A stretch of 64,000 bases of DNA from NCBI RefSeq assembly GCF_006345805.1, contig NC_043023.1:7378001-7442000 (forward strand), written 5' to 3'. Origin of the DNA: Octopus sinensis (Eukaryota). The notes under the pieces are model-generated. The model worked only from the letters and a program-made list of their open reading frames with translations, searched no databases and was not told the origin of the DNA. Shown here in pieces: positions 62,660-64,000 of this stretch. Each line of letters begins with the position of its first letter. The first letter of the stretch is position 1. Position numbers and translations under genes: made by a program.

Positions 62660-62905
62660 TGGAGCCTGTCGTATGTGTTGTGTGTGTGTGTGTGTGTGTG
62701 TTTGTGTGTCTGTGTTTGACCCCCCCAACATCGCTTGACAACTGATGCTGGTGTGTTTACGTCCTCGTAACTTAGCAATTCGGCAAAAAAAAACCGATAG
62801 AATAAGTACTAAGCTTACAAAAAAAAAGTCCCGGGATCGATTTGCTCGACTAAAGGCGGTGCTCCAGCATGGCAACAGTCAAATGACTGAAACAAGTAAA
62901 AGAGT
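62660..62905 (+). mobile_element. SINE family A, 3' half
   Basis: Homology to the other copies. Confidence 0.75.
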
Positions 62906-63024
62906 AAGAATACATACATACATACATACTATCGTACATAAATACATACGATCAGCTTCTTTCATTCTATGACTCACAAAGCTTTGGTCAGCCTAAGGCT
63001 ATAGTAGAAGACATTTGTCTAAGG

Positions 63025-63243
63025 CAATGGTTTTCAACCAGGGTTCCGCGGAACCTTAGGGTTCCGCCAGTACAGTCCAGGGGTTCCGCAAGAAGTTACA
63101 AAAATGCTAAAATCGATAGTAATTTTTAATTCTCCTGTGCAGATATGTGTGCATAAGACAATTAAATTATTGCACAGGGGTTCCTCGAGCCAGTGGAATA
63201 TTTCCTTGGGGTCCCGCTCCAGCAAAAAGGTTGAAAAGCACTG
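63025..63243. mobile_element. hAT-type MITE (219 bp) inserted in a minus-strand SINE A head (about 62950-63325)
   Basis: TIR CAATGGTTTTCAACC / GGTTGAAAAGCACTG; perfect 8-bp TSD GTCTAAGG (63017-63024, 63244-63251). Confidence 0.88.
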
Positions 63244-63728
63244 GTCTAAGGTGCCACTGCGTAGAACTGAACCCGGAACTGTGACTGGGAAGCAAACTTT
63301 TTATTACAGTCACTGCGCCTGCACCTGTATGTGTGTGTGTGTGTGTGTGTGTTTTCTTCTCCTCCTCATTCTCCTCTCCTTATTCTTAACACTGATATAA
63401 ATCGAAAGATAATTTTTTATTTGTATGTTAAGAAATAGGAAAAGGCATTAAAAGATAAGAAGAAAAGGAAAGAAGGAAGGAAGCAAGGAAGAAAGAGAGA
63501 CAGACAGACAGAAAGAAAGAAAGAAGACAAAGAAACAAAATACCTCTCTGGTCTTTGATATAACAAAACATTTTCCTCAATAAAACCGAATAAATCTCTT
63601 GAATAAGCAAACTTATACCCTATCTGCTATCTTTCAATTAAAAAGCATCGTAAAATCTCTTCTATCAGCTCCTTAAATAAGTGCGTTTGTTCTGTCATTC
63701 AGAAACAATTGGCAAACGAACGGATTCT

Positions 63729-63739
63729 AAAATGGCGGC
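63729..63739 (+). promoter_or_regulatory. YY1-like motif AAAATGGCGGC overlapping an ATG in a small CpG-containing patch
   Basis: Exact match to the common YY1 core; function untested. Confidence 0.3.
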
Positions 63740-63919
63740 GACATCAAAAGTCGTTCGTCTCGGCAGACGATCGTATCTGTCACCATTTGTCAATTTTTTT
63801 GTTTTTGTTTTTGTTTTATCTCAACACATGTGTTGATACACGGCACATATGCATTGCTTCTTTCGGTCTGACACACACACACCACACACACACGCACACA
63901 CAGATAGACACATATCTTT

Positions 63920-64000
63920 GACTTTTTGTTACAGTCATTAGATTGCGGCCATGCTGGGGCACCGCCTTGGAGAACTTGTAGCCGATTGAATTGACCCCAG
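63920..64000 (-). mobile_element. SINE/LINE-type 3' tail (cut by the window edge)
   Basis: Minus strand GGCGGTGCCCCAGCATGGCCGCAATCTAATGACTG. Confidence 0.65.

Noticed and set aside
48731-64000. Second LHFPL coding exon (expected YPxG...CG...C...GW pattern)
   Set aside because: Not found by eye in the unique stretches; probably beyond the window, or missed.

Overview
AT-rich, microsatellite-saturated animal genomic DNA, most likely a coleoid cephalopod (Octopus-like). That assignment is inferred from the SINE/LINE repertoire and the giant (TA)n/(CATA)n/(GATA)n tracts; no database was searched. The only convincing host coding sequence is one exon (48133-48730, +) of an LHFPL-family tetraspan protein with an unusual Pro/Ser/Thr-rich loop; no downstream exon was recognised in the window. 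The rest is repeats: a decayed near-full-length Penelope-like element (RT + C-terminal GIY-YIG, 2543-7744) with inverted pseudo-LTRs, CR1-like and RTE LINE remnants, several tRNA-derived SINE families, a non-autonomous Helitron, Tc1-, hAT- and piggyBac-type MITEs, two solo LTRs, and three tandem arrays (units of about 490, 130 and 106 bp). The most striking signal is a dense population of minimal type I hammerhead-ribozyme motifs from about five sequence-unrelated families. Several sit in ORF-less fold-back elements, including an essentially perfect 644-bp palindrome (25317-25960), and one lies in sense orientation 150 nt into the LHFPL intron. Most ORFs in the supplied track are microsatellite or satellite artefacts. 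Many 1-bp indels and one poly-T patch suggest imperfectly polished long-read consensus, so some frameshifts may be sequencing errors.
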